Below are positions 29,401 to 43,700 of a stretch of 64,000 nucleotides of DNA, piece after piece. The stretch is from Eledone cirrhosa (taxonomy: Eukaryota). The stretch covers positions 396,242,001 through 396,306,000 of the forward strand of contig OZ024741.1 of assembly GCA_964016885.1 (NCBI GenBank), written 5' to 3'. The notes under the pieces were generated by a model. The model was not told the DNA's origin. It was given only the letters and a program-made list of their open reading frames with translations, and did no database searches. Each line of letters begins with the position of its first letter. Positions within the stretch are counted from its first letter, which is position 1. Both the position numbers and the translations under genes were made by a program.

Positions 29401-32400
29401 TCACACCACAAGGGTCAAAGTGCATCAATCAGTCACACCACAAGTGTCAAAGTGCATCAATCAGACACACCACAAGGGTCAAAGTGCATCAATCAGTCAC
29501 ACCACAAGGGTCAAAGTGCATCACAGTCACACCACATGGGTCAAAGTGCATCAATCAGTCACACCACAAGGGTCAAAGTGCATCAATCAGTCACACCACA
29601 AGAGTCAAAGTGCATCAATCAGCCACACCACAAGGGTCAAAGTGCATCAATCAGTCACACCACAAGGGTCAAAGTGCATCAATCAGTCAGACCACAAGGG
29701 TCAAAGTGGATCAATCAGTCACACCACAAGGGTCAAAGTGCATCAATCAGTCACACCACAAGGGTCAAAGTGCATCAATCAGTCACACCACAAGAGTCAA
29801 AGTGCATCAATCAGTCACACCACAAGAGTCAAAGTGCATCAATCAGTCACACCACAAGGGTCAAATTCCTTCAATCAGTCACACCACAAGGGTCAAAGTG
29901 CATCAATCAGTCACACCACAAGAGTCAAAGTGCATCAATCAGTCACACCACAAGGGTCAAAGTGCATCAATCAGCCACACCACAAGGGTCAAAGTGCATC
30001 AATCAGTCACACCACAAGAGTCAAAGTGCATCAATCAGTCACACCACAAGAGTCAAAGTGCATCAATCAGTCACACCACAAGGGTCAACGTGCATCAATC
30101 AGTATCACGACAAGAGTCAAAGAGCATCAATCAGTCACACCACAAGGGTCAACGTGCATCAATCAGTCACACCACAAGGTTCAAAGTGCATCAATCAGTC
30201 ACACCACAAGGGTCAAAGTGCATCAATCAGTAACACCACAAGAGTCAAAGAGCATCAATCAGTCACACCACAAGGGTCAACGTGCATCAATCAGTTACAC
30301 CACAAGAGTCAAAGTGCATCAATCAGTTACACCACAAGAGTCAAAGTGCATCAATCAGTCACACCACAAGAGTCAAAGTGCATCAATCAGTCACACCACA
30401 AGGGTCAACGTGCATCAATCAGTCACACTACAAGGGTCAAAGTGCATCAATCAGTCACACCACAAGGTCAAAGTGCATCAATCAGCCACACCACAAGGGT
30501 CAAAGTGCATCAATCAGTCACACCACAAGGGTCAAAGTGCATCAATCAGCCACACCACAAGGGTCAAAGTGCATCAATCAGTCACACCACAAGAGTCAAA
30601 GTGCATCAATCAGTCACACCACAAGGGTCAAAGTGCATCAATCAGTCACACCACAAGGGTCAAAGTGCATCAATCAGTTACACCACAAGAGTCAATGTGC
30701 ATCAATCAGTTACACCACAAGAGTCAAAGTGCATCAATCAGACACACCACAAGGGTCAAAGTGCATCAATCAGTTACACTACAAGAGTCAAAGTGCATCA
30801 ATCAGTTACACCACAAGAGTCAAAGTGCATCAATCAGTCACACCACAAGAGTCAAAGTGCATCAATCAGTCACACCACAAGGGTCAAAGTGCATCAATCA
30901 GTCACACCACAAGGGTCAAAGTGCATCAATCAGTCACACCACAAGAGTCAAAGTGCATCAATCAGTCACACCACAAGGGTCAAAGTGCATCAATCAGTCA
31001 CAACACAAGGGTCAAAGTGCATCAATCAGTCACACCACAAGGGTCAAAGTGCATCAATCAGTCACACCACAAGAGTCAAAGTGCATCAATCAGTCACACC
31101 ACAAGGGTCAGATTCCTTCAATCAGTCACACCACAAGAGTCAAAGTGCATCAATCAGTCACACCACAAGGGTCAAAGTGCATCAATCAGTCACACCACAA
31201 GGGTCAAAGTGTTTCAATCAGTCACACCACAAGGGTCAAAGTGCATCAATCAGTCACACCACAAGAGTCAAAGTATTTCAATCAGTCACACCACAAGGGT
31301 CAAAGTGCTTCAATCAGTCACACCACAAGAGTGAAAGTGCATCAATCAGTCACACCACAAGGGTCAAAGTGCATCAATCAGTCACACCACAAGGGTCGAA
31401 TTCCTTCAATCAGTCACACCACAAGGGACAAATTCCTTCAATCAGTCACACCACAAGGGTCAAATTGCATCAATCAGTCACACCACAAGGGTCAAAGTGT
31501 TTCAATCAGTCACACCACAAGGGTCAAAGTGCATCAATCAGTCACACCACAAGGGTCAAAGTGTTTCAATCAGTCACACCACAAGGGTCAAAGTGAATCA
31601 ATCAGTCACACCCCAAGAGTCAAAGTGCTTCAATCAGTCACACCACAAGGGTCAAATTCCTTCAATCAGTCACACCACAAGGGTCAAAGTGTTTCAATAA
31701 GTCACACCACAAGGGTCAAATTCCTTCAATCAGTCACACCACAAGGGTCAAAGTGCATCAATCAGTCACACCCCAAGAGTCAAAGTGCTTCAATCAGTCA
31801 CACCACAAGGGTCAAATTCCTTCAATCAGTCACACCACAAGGGTCAAAGTGCATCAATCAGTCACAGCACAAGAGTCAAAGTGCATCAATCAGTCACACC
31901 ACAAGGGTCAAAGTGCATCAATCAGCCACACCACAAGGGTCAAAGTGCATCAATCAGTCACACCACAAGAGTCAAAGTGCATCAATCAGTCACACCACAA
32001 GGGTCAAAGTGCATCAATCAGTCACACCTCAAGGGTCAAAGTGCATCAATCAGTCACACCACAAGAGTCAAAGTGCATCAATCAGTCACACCACAAGAGT
32101 CAAAGTGCATCAATCAGTCATACCACAAGGGTCAAATTCCTTCAATCAGTCACACCACAAGGGTCAAAGTGCATCAATCAGTCACACCACAAGGGTCAAA
32201 GTGCATCAATCAGTCACACCACAAGAGTCAAATTGCTTCAATCAGTCACACCACAAGGGTCAAATTCCTTCAATCAGTCACACCACAAGGGTCAAAGTGC
32301 ATCAATCAGTCACACCACAAGGGTCAAAATGCATCAATCAGTCACACCACAAGGGTCAAAGTCCTTCAATCAGTCACACCACAAGGGTCAAAGTGCATCA

Positions 32401-35400
32401 ATCAGTCACACCACAAGGGTCAAACTGCATCAATCAGTCACACCACAAGGGTCAAAGTGCATCAATCAGTCACACCACAAGGGTCAAAGTGCATCAATCA
32501 GTCACACCACAAGGGTCAAAGTGTTTCAATCAGTCACACCACAAGGGTCAAAGTGCATCAATCAGTCACACCACAAGGGTCAAAGTGCATCAATCAGTCA
32601 CACCACAAGAGTCAAAGTGCATCAATCAGTCACACCACAAGGGTCAAAGTGCATCAATCAGTTACACCACAAGAGTCAAAGTGCATCAATCAGTCACACC
32701 ACAAGGGTCAAAGTGCATCGATCAGACACACCACAAGGGTCAAAGTACATCAATCAGTTACACCACAAGAGTCAAAGTGCATCAATCAGTTACACCACAA
32801 GAGTCAAAGTGCATCAATCAGTCACACCACAAGAGTCAAAGTGCATCAATCAGTTACACCACAAGAGTCAAAGTGCATCAATCAGTCACACCACAAGAGT
32901 CAAAGTGCATCGATCAGTCACACCACAAGAGTCAAAGTGCATCAATCAGTTACACCACAAGAGTCAAAGTGCATCAATCAGTCACACCACAAGGGTCAAA
33001 GTGCATCAATCAGTTACACCACAAGAGTCAATGTGCATCAATCAGTTACACCACAAGAGTCAAAGTGCATCAATCAGACACACCACAAGGGTCAAAGTGC
33101 ATCAATCAGTTACACCACAAGAGTCAAAGTGCATCAATCAGTTACACCACAAGAGTCAAAGTGCATCAATCAGTCACACCACAAGGGTCAAAGTGCATCA
33201 ATCAGTCACACCACAAGGGTCAAAGTGCATCAATCAGTCACACCACAAGAGTCAAAGTGCATCAATCAGTCACACCACAAGGGTCAAAGTGCATCAATCA
33301 GTCACAACACAAGGGTCAAAGTGCATCAATCAGTCACACCACAAGGGTCAAAGTGCATCAATCAGTCACACCACAAGAGTCAAAGTGCATCAATCAGTCA
33401 CACCACAAGGGTCAGATTCCTTCAATCAGTCACACCACAAGAGTCAAAGTGCATCAATCAGTCACACCACAAGGGTCAAAGTGCATCAATCAGTCACACC
33501 ACAAGGGTCAAAGTGTTTCAATCAGTCACACCACAAGGGTCAAAGTGCATCAATCAGTCACACCACAAGGGTCAAAGTATTTCAATCAGTCACACCACAA
33601 GGGTCAAAGTGCTTCAATCAGTCACACCACAAGAGTGAAAGTGCATCAATCAGTCACACCACAAGGGTCAAAGTGCATCAATCAGTCACACCACAAGGGT
33701 CGAATTCCTTCAATCAGTCACACCACAAGGGACAAATTCCTTCAATCAGTCACACCACAAGGGTCAAATTGCATCAATCAGTCACACCACAAGGGTCAAA
33801 GTGTTTCAATCAGTCACACCACAAGGGTCAAAGTGTTTCAATCAGTCACACCACAAGGGTCAAAGTGAATCAATCAGTCACACCACAAGGGTCAAAGTGT
33901 TTCAATAAGTCACACCACAAGGGTCAAATTCCTTCAATCAGTCACACCACAAGGGTCAAAGTGCATCAATCAGTCACACACCAAGAGTCAAAGTGCTTCA
34001 ATCAGTCACACCACAAGGGTCAAATTCCTTCAATCAGTCACACCACAAGGGTCAAAGTGCATCAATCAGTCACAGCACAAGAGTCAAAGTGCATCAATCA
34101 GTCACACCACAAGGGTCAAAGTGCATCAATCAGCCACACCACAAGGGTCAAAGTGCATCAATCAATCACACCACAAGAGTCAAAGTGCATCAATCAGTCA
34201 CACCACAAGGGTCAAAGTGCATCAATCAGTCACACCTCAAGGGTCAAAGTGCATCAATCAGTCACACCACAAGAGTCAAAGTGCATCAATCAGTCACACC
34301 ACAAGAGTCAAAGTGCATCAATCAGTCATACCACAAGTGTCAAATTCCTTCAATCAGTCACACCACAAGGGTCAAAGTGCATCAATCAGTCACACCACAA
34401 GGGTCAAAGTGCATCAATCAGTCACACCACAAGAGTCAAATTGCTTCAATCAGTCACACCACAAGGGTCAAATTCCTTCAATCAGTCACACCACAAGGGT
34501 CAAAGTGCATCAATCAGTCACACCACAAGGGTCAAAATGCATCAATCAGTCACACCACAAGGGTCAAAGTCCTTCAATCAGTCACACCACAAGGGTCAAA
34601 GTGCATCAATCAGTCACACCACAAGGGTCAAACTGCATCAATCAGTCACACCACAAGGGTCAAAGTGCATCAATCAGTCACACCACAAGGGTCAAAGTGC
34701 ATCAATCAGTCACACCACAAGGGTCAAAGTGTTTCAATCAGTCACACCACAAGGGTCAAAGTGCATCAATCAGTCACACCACAAGGGTCAAAGTGCATCA
34801 ATCAGTCACACCACAAGAGTCAAAGTGCATCAATCAGTCACACCACAAGGGTCAAAGTGCATCAATCAGTTACACCACAAGAGTCAAAGTGCATCAATCA
34901 GTCACACCACAAGGGTCAAAGTGCATCGATCAGCCACACCACAAGGGTCAAAGTACATCAATCAGTTACACCACAAGAGTCAAAGTGCATCAATCAGTTA
35001 CACCACAAGAGTCAAAGTGCATCAATCAGTCACACCACAAGAGTCAAAGTGCATCAATCAGTTACACCACAAGAGTCAAAGTGCATCAATCAGTCACACC
35101 ACAAGAGTCAAAGTGCATCGATCAGTCACACCACAAGAGTCAAAGTGCATCAATCAGTTACACCACAAGAGTCAAAGTGCATCAATCAGTCACACCACAA
35201 GGGTCAAAGTGCATCAATCAGTTACACCACAAGAGTCAATGTGCATCAATCAGTTACACCACAAGAGTCAAAGTGCATCAATCAGACACACCAGAGGGTC
35301 AAAGTGCATCAATCAGTTACACCACAAGAGTCAAAGTGCATCAATCAGTTACACCACAAGAGTCAAAGTGCATCAATCAGTCACACCACAAGAGTCAAAG

Positions 35401-38400
35401 TGCATCAATCAGTCACACCACAAGGGTCAAAGTGCATCAATCAGTCACACCACAAGGGTCAAAGTGCATCAATCAGTCACACCACAAGAGTCAAAGTGCA
35501 TCAATCAGTCACACCACAAGGGTCAAAGTGCATCAATCAGTCACAACACAAGGGTCAAAGTGCATCAATCAGTCACACCACAAGGGTCAAAGTGCATCAA
35601 TCAGTCACACCACAAGAGTCAAAGTGCATCAATCAGTCACACCACAAGGGTCAGATTCCTTCAATCAGTCACACCACAAGAGTCAAAGTGCATCAATCAG
35701 TCACACCACAAGGGTCAAAGTGCATCAATCAGTCACACCACAAGGGTCAAAGTGTTTCAATCAGTCACACCACAAGGGTCAAAGTGCATCAATCAGTCAC
35801 ACCACAAGGGTCAAAGTATTTCAATCAGTCACACCACAAGGGTCAAAGTGCTTCAATCAGTCACACCACAAGAGTGAAAGTCCATCAATCAGTCACACCA
35901 CAAGGGTCAAAGTGCATCAATCAGTCACACCACAAGGGTCGAATTCCTTCAATCAGTCACACCACAAGGGACAAATTCCTTCAATCAGTCACACCACAAG
36001 GGTCAAATTGCATCAATCAGTCACACCACAAGGGTCAAAGTGTTTCAATCAGTCACACCACAAGGGTCAAAGTGCATCAATCAGTCACACCACAAGGGTC
36101 AAAGTGTTTCAATCAGTCACACCACAAGGGTCAAAGTGAATCAATCAGTCACACCCCAAGAGTCAAAGTGCTTCAATCAGTCACACCACAAGGGTCAAAT
36201 TCCTTCAATCAGTCACACCACAAGGGTCAAAGTGTTTCAATAAGTCACACCACAAGGGTCAAATTCCTTCAATCAGTCACACCACAAGGGTCAAAGTGCA
36301 TCAATCAGTCACACCCCAAGAGTCAAAGTGCTTCAATCAGTCACACCACAAGGGTCAAATTCCTTCAATCAGTCACACCACAAGGGTCAAAGTGCATCAA
36401 TCAGTCACAGCACAAGAGTCAAAGTGCATCAATCAGTCACACCACAAGGGTCAAAGTGCATCAATCAGCCACACCACAAGGGTCAAAGTGCATCAATCAG
36501 TCACACCACAAGAGTCAAAGTGCATCAATCAGTCACACCACAAGGGTCAAAGTGCATCAATCAGTCACACCTCAAGGGTCAAAGTGCATCAATCAGTCAC
36601 ACCACAAGAGTCAAAGTGCATCAATCAGTCACACCACAAGAGTCAAAGTGCATCAATCAGTCATACCACAAGGGTCAAATTCCTTCAATCAGTCACACCA
36701 CAAGGGTCAAAGTGCATCAATCAGTCACACCACAAGGGTCAAAGTGCATCAATCAGTCACACCACAAGAGTCAAATTGCTTCAATCAGTCACACCACAAG
36801 GGTCAAATTCCTTCAATCAGTCACACCACAAGGGTCAAAGTGCATCAATCAGTCACACCACAAGGGTCAAAATGCATCAATCAGTCACACCACAAGGGTC
36901 AAAGTCCTTCAATCAGTCACACCACAAGGGTCAAAGTGCATCAATCAGTCACACCACAAGGGTCAAACTGCATCAATCAGTCACACCACAAGGGTCAAAG
37001 TGCATCAATCAGTCACACCACAAGGGTCAAAGTGCATCAATCAGTCACACCACAAGGGTCAAAGTGTTTCAATCAGTCACACCACAAGGGTCAAAGTGCA
37101 TCAATCAGTCACACCACAAGGGTCAAAGTGCATCAATCAGTCACACCACAAGAGTCAAAGTGCATCAATCAGTCACACCACAAGGGTCAAAGTGCATCAA
37201 TCAGTTACACCACAAGAGTCAAAGTGCATCAATCAGTCACACCACAAGGGTCAAAGTGCATCGATCAGACACACCACAAGGGTCAAAGTACATCAATCAG
37301 TTACACCACAAGAGTCAAAGTGCATCAATCAGTTACACCACAAGAGTCAAAGTGCATCAATCAGTCACACCACAAGAGTCAAAGTGCATCGATCAGTCAC
37401 ACCACAAGAGTCAAAGTGCATCAATCAGTTACACCACAAGAGTCAAAGTGCATCAATCAGTCACACCACAAGGGTCAAAGTGCATCAATCAGTTACACCA
37501 CAAGAGTCAATGTGCATCAATCAGTTACACCACAAGAGTCAAAGTGCATCAATCAGACACACCACAAGGGTCAAAGTGCATCAATCAGTTACACCACAAG
37601 AGTCAAAGTGCATCAATCAGTTACACCACAAGAGTCAAAGTGCATCAATCAGTCACACCACAAGGGTCAAAGTGCATCAATCAGTCACACCACAAGGGTC
37701 AAAGTGCATCAATCAGTCACACCACAAGAGTCAAAGTGCATCAATCAGTCACACCACAAGGGTCAAAGTGCATCAATCAGTCACAACACAAGGGTCAAAG
37801 TGCATCAATCAGTCACACCACAAGGGTCAAAGTGCATCAATCAGTCACACCACAAGAGTCAAAGTGCATCAATCAGTCACACCACAAGGGTCAGATTCCT
37901 TCAATCAGTCACACCACAAGAGTCAAAGTGCATCAATCAGTCACACCACAAGGGTCAAAGTGCATCAATCAGTCACACCACAAGGGTCAAAGTGTTTCAA
38001 TCAGTCACACCACAAGGGTCAAAGTGCATCAATCAGTCACACCACAAGGGTCAAAGTATTTCAATCAGTCACACCACAAGGGTCAAAGTGCTTCAATCAG
38101 TCACACCACAAGAGTGAAAGTGCATCAATCAGTCACACCACAAGGGTCAAAGTGCATCAATCAGTCACACCACAAGGGTCGAATTCCTTCAATCAGTCAC
38201 ACCACAAGGGACAAATTCCTTCAATCAGTCACACCACAAGGGTCAAATTGCATCAATCAGTCACACCACAAGGGTCAAAGTGTTTCAATCAGTCACACCA
38301 CAAGGGTCAAAGTGTTTCAATCAGTCACACCACAAGGGTCAAAGTGAATCAATCAGTCACACCACAAGGGTCAAAGTGTTTCAATAAGTCACACCACAAG

Positions 38401-40700
38401 GGTCAAATTCCTTCAATCAGTCACACCACAAGGGTCAAAGTGCATCAATCAGTCACACACCAAGAGTCAAAGTGCTTCAATCAGTCACACCACAAGGGTC
38501 AAATTCCTTCAATCAGTCACACCACAAGGGTCAAAGTGCATCAATCAGTCACAGCACAAGAGTCAAAGTGCATCAATCAGTCACACCACAAGGGTCAAAG
38601 TGCATCAATCAGCCACACCACAAGGGTCAAAGTGCATCAATCAATCACACCACAAGAGTCAAAGTGCATCAATCAGTCACACCACAAGGGTCAAAGTGCA
38701 TCAATCAGTCACACCTCAAGGGTCAAAGTGCATCAATCAGTCACACCACAAGAGTCAAAGTGCATCAATCAGTCACACCACAAGAGTCAAAGTGCATCAA
38801 TCAGTCATACCACAAGTGTCAAATTCCTTCAATCAGTCACACCACAAGGGTCAAAGTGCATCAATCAGTCACACCACAAGGGTCAAAGTGCATCAATCAG
38901 TCACACCACAAGAGTCAAATTGCTTCAATCAGTCACACCACAAGGGTCAAATTCCTTCAATCAGTCACACCACAAGGGTCAAAGTGCATCAATCAGTCAC
39001 ACCACAAGGGTCAAAATGCATCAATCAGTCACACCACAAGGGTCAAAGTCCTTCAATCAGTCACACCACAAGGGTCAAAGTGCATCAATCAGTCACACCA
39101 CAAGGGTCAAACTGCATCAATCAGTCACACCACAAGGGTCAAAGTGCATCAATCAGTCACACCACAAGGGTCAAAGTGCATCAATCAGTCACACCACAAG
39201 GGTCAAAGTGTTTCAATCAGTCACACCACAAGGGTCAAAGTGCATCAATCAGTCACACCACAAGGGTCAAAGTGCATCAATCAGTCACACCACAAGAGTC
39301 AAAGTGCATCAATCAGTCACACCACAAGGGTCAAAGTGCATCAATCAGTTACACCACAAGAGTCAAAGTGCATCAATCAGTCACACCACAAGGGTCAAAG
39401 TGCATCGATCAGCCACACCACAAGGGTCAAAGTACATCAATCAGTTACACCACAAGAGTCAAAGTGCATCAATCAGTTACACCACAAGAGTCAAAGTGCA
39501 TCAATCAGTCACACCACAAGAGTCAAAGTGCATCAATCAGTTACACCACAAGAGTCAAAGTGCATCAATCAGTCACACCACAAGAGTCAAAGTGCATCGA
39601 TCAGTCACACCACAAGAGTCAAAGTGCATCAATCAGTTACACCACAAGAGTCAAAGTGCATCAATCAGTCACACCACAAGGGTCAAAGTGCATCAATCAG
39701 TTACACCACAAGAGTCAATGTGCATCAATCAGTTACACCACAAGAGTCAAAGTGCATCAATCAGACACACCAGAGGGTCAAAGTGCATCAATCAGTTACA
39801 CCACAAGAGTCAAAGTGCATCAATCAGTTACACCACAAGAGTCAAAGTGCATCAATCAGTCACACCACAAGAGTCAAAGTGCATCAATCAGTCACACCAC
39901 AAGGGTCAAAGTGCATCAATCAGTCACACCACAAGGGTCAAAGTGCATCAATCAGTCACACCACAAGAGTCAAAGTGCATCAATCAGTCACACCACAAGG
40001 GTCAAAGTGCATCAATCAGTCACAACACAAGGGTCAAAGTGCATCAATCAGTCACACCACAAGGGTCAAAGTGCATCAATCAGTCACACCACAAGAGTCA
40101 AAGTGCATCAATCAGTCACACCACAAGGGTCAGATTCCTTCAATCAGTCACACCACAAGAGTCAAAGTGCATCAATCAGTCACACCACAAGGGTCAAAGT
40201 GCATCAATCAGTCACACCACAAGGGTCAAAGTGTTTCAATCAGTCACACCACAAGGGTCAAAGTGCATCAATCAGTCACACCACAAGGGTCAAAGTATTT
40301 CAATCAGTCACACCACAAGGGTCAAAGTGCTTCAATCAGTCACACCACAAGAGTGAAAGTGCATCAATCAGTCACACCACAAGGGTCAAAGTGCATCAAT
40401 CAGTCACACCACAAGGGTCGAATTCCTTCAATCAGTCACACCACAAGGGTCAAATTCCTTCAATCAGTCACACCACAAGGGTCAAATTGCATCAATCAGT
40501 CACACCACAAGGGTCAAAGTGTTTCAATCAGTCACACCACAAGGGTCAAAGTGCATCAATCAGTCACACCACAAGGGTCAAAGTGAATCAATCAGTCACA
40601 CCACAAGGGTCAAAGTGTTTCAATAAGTCACACCACAAGGGTCAAATTCCTTCAATCAGTCACACCACAAGGGTCAAAGTGCATCAATCAGTCACACCCC
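26400..40700 (+). repeat. HOR domain 4: ~2.1-2.4-kb units, paired into a ~4.5-kb second-order unit between ~30.7 and 40.5 kb
   Basis: The GTCGAATTCC variant (EcoRI site GAATTC) occurs at 26857, 28969, 31398, 33702, 35941, 38181 and 40420 (spacings 2112, 2429, 2304, 2239, 2240, 2239). ORFs 31497/36040 and 31753/36296 are offset by 4543; 33993/38472 and 34121/38600 by 4479. The deletion variant CCAGAGGG is at ~35291 and ~39770. Confidence 0.87.
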
Positions 40701-40740
40701 AAGAGTCAAAGTGCTTCAATCAGTCACACCACAAGGGTCA

Positions 40741-43700
40741 AATTCCTTCAATCAGTCACACCACAAGGGTCAAAGTGCATCAATCAGTCACAGCACAAGA
40801 GTCAAAGTGCATCAATCAGTCACACCACAAGGGTCAAAGTGCATCAATCAGCCACACCACAAGGGTCAAAGTGCATCAATCAGTCACACCACAAGAGTCA
40901 AAGTGCATCAATCAGTCACACCACAAGGGTCAAAGTGCATCAATCAGTCACACCTCAAGGGTCAAAGTGCATCAATCAGTCACACCACAAGAGTCAAAAT
41001 GCATCAATCAGTCACACCACAAGAGTCAAAGTGCATCAATCAGTCATACCACAAGGGTCAAATTCCTTCAATCAGTCACACCACAAGGGTCAAAGTGCAT
41101 CAATCAGTCACACCACAAGGGTCAAAGTGCATCAATCAGTCACACCACAAGAGTCAAATTGCTTCAATCAGTCACACCACAAGGGTCAAATTCCTTCAAT
41201 CAGTCACACCACAAGGGTCAAAGTGCATCAATCAGTCACACCACAAGGGTCAAAATGCATCAATCAGTCACACCACAAGGGTCAAAGTCCTTCAATCAGT
41301 CACACCACAAGGGTCAAAGTGCATCAATCAGTCACACCACAAGGGTCAAACTGCATCAATCAGTCACACCACAAGGGTCAAAGTGCATCAATCAGTCACA
41401 CCACAAGGGTCAAAGTGCATCAATCAGTCACACCACAAGGGTCAAAGTGTTTCAATCAGTCACACCACAAGGGTCAAAGTACATCAATCAGTCACACCAC
41501 AAGGGTCAAAGTGCATCAATCAGTCACACCACAAGAGTCAAAGTGCATCAATCAGTCACACCACAAGGGTCAAAGTGCATCAATCAGTCACACCACAAGG
41601 GTCAAAGTGCATCAATCAGTCACACCACAAGAGTCAAAGTGCATCAATCAGTCACACCACAAGGGTCAAATTCCTTCAATCAGTCACACCACAAGAGTCA
41701 AAGTGCATCAATCAGTCACACCACAAGGGTCAAAGTGCATCAATCAGTTACACCACAAGGGTCAAAGTGCATCAATCAGTCACACCACAAGGGTCAAATT
41801 CCTTCAATCAGTCACACAACAAGGGTCAAAGTGCATCAATCAGTCACACCACAAGAGTCAAAGTGCATCAATCAGTCACACAACAAGGGTCAAAGTGCAT
41901 CAATCAGCCACACCACAAGGGTCAAAGTGCATCAATCAGTCACACCACAAGGGTCAAAGTGCATCAATAAGTCACACCACAAGAGTCAAAGTGCATCAAT
42001 CAGTCACACCACAAGGGTCAAAGTGCATCAATCAGTCACACCACAAGGGTCAAAGTGCATCAATCAGTCACACCACAAGGGTCAAAGTGCATCAATCAGT
42101 CACACCACAAGGGTCAAAGTGCATCAATCAGTCACACCACAAGGGTCGAAGTGCATCAATCAGTCACACCACAAGGGTCAAATTCCTTCATTCAGTCACA
42201 CCACAAGGGTCAAAGTGCATCAATCAGTCACACCACAAGTGTCAAAGTGCATCAATCAGACACACCACAAGGGTCAAAGTGCATCAATCAGTCACACCAC
42301 AAGGGTCAAAGTGCATCACAGTCACACCACATGGGTCAAAGTGCATCAATCAGTCACACCACAAGAGTCAAAGTGCATCAATCAGTCACACCACAAGAGT
42401 CAAAGTGCATCAATCAGCCACACCACAAGGGTCAAAGTGCATCAATCAGTCACACCACAAGGGTCAAAGTGCATCAATCAGTCAGACCACAAGGGTCAAA
42501 GTGGATCAATCAGTCACACCACAAGGGTCAAAGTGCATCAATCAGTCACACCACAAGGGTCAAAGTGCATCAATCAGTCACACCACAATAGTCAAAGTGC
42601 ATCAATCAGTCACACCACAAGAGTCAAAGTGCATCAATCAGTCACACCACAAGGGTCAAATTCCTTCAATCAGTCACACCACAAGGGTCAAAGTGCATCA
42701 ATCAGTCACACCACAAGAGTTAAAGTGCATCAATCAGTCACACCACAAGAGTCAAAGTGCATCAATCAGTCACACCACAAGGGTCAAAGTGCATCAATCA
42801 GCCACACCACAAGGGTCAAAGTGCATCAATCAGTCACACCACAAGAGTCAAAGTGCATCAATCAGTCACACCACAAGAGTCAAAGTGCATCAATCAGTCA
42901 CACCACAAGGGTCAACGTGCATCAATCAGTATCACGACAAGAGTCAAAGAGCATCAATCAGTCACACCACAAGGGTCAACGTGCATCAATCAGTCACACC
43001 ACAAGGTTCAAAGTGCATCAATCAGTCACACCACAAGGGTCAAAGTGCATCAATCAGTAACACCACAAGAGTCAAAGAGCATCAATCAGTCACACCACAA
43101 GGGTCAAAGTGCATCAATCAGTCACACCACAAGGGTCAAATTCCTTCAATCAGTCACACCACAAGGGTCAAAGTGCATCAATCAGTCACACCACAAGAGT
43201 CAAAGTGCATCAATCAGTCACACAACAAGGGTCAAAGTGCATCAATCAGCCACACCACAAGGGTCAAAGTGCATCAATCAGTCACACCACAAGGGTCAAA
43301 GTGCATCAATAAGTCACACCACAAGAGTCAAAGTGTATCAATCAGTCACACCACAAGGGTCAAAGTGCATCAATCAGTCACACCACAAGGGTCAAAGTGC
43401 ATCAATCAGTCACACCACAAGGGTCAAAGTGCATCAATCAGTCACACCACAAGGGTCAAAGTGCATCAATCAGTCACACCACAAGGGTCGAAGTGCATCA
43501 ATCAGTCACACCACAAGGGTCAAATTCCTTCATTCAGTCACACCACAAGGGTCAAAGTGCATCAATCAGTCACACCACAAGTGTCAAAGTGCATCAATCA
43601 GACACACCACAAGGGTCAAAGTGCATCAATCAGTCACACCACAAGGGTCAAAGTGCATCACAGTCACACCACATGGGTCAAAGTGCATCAATCAGTCACA

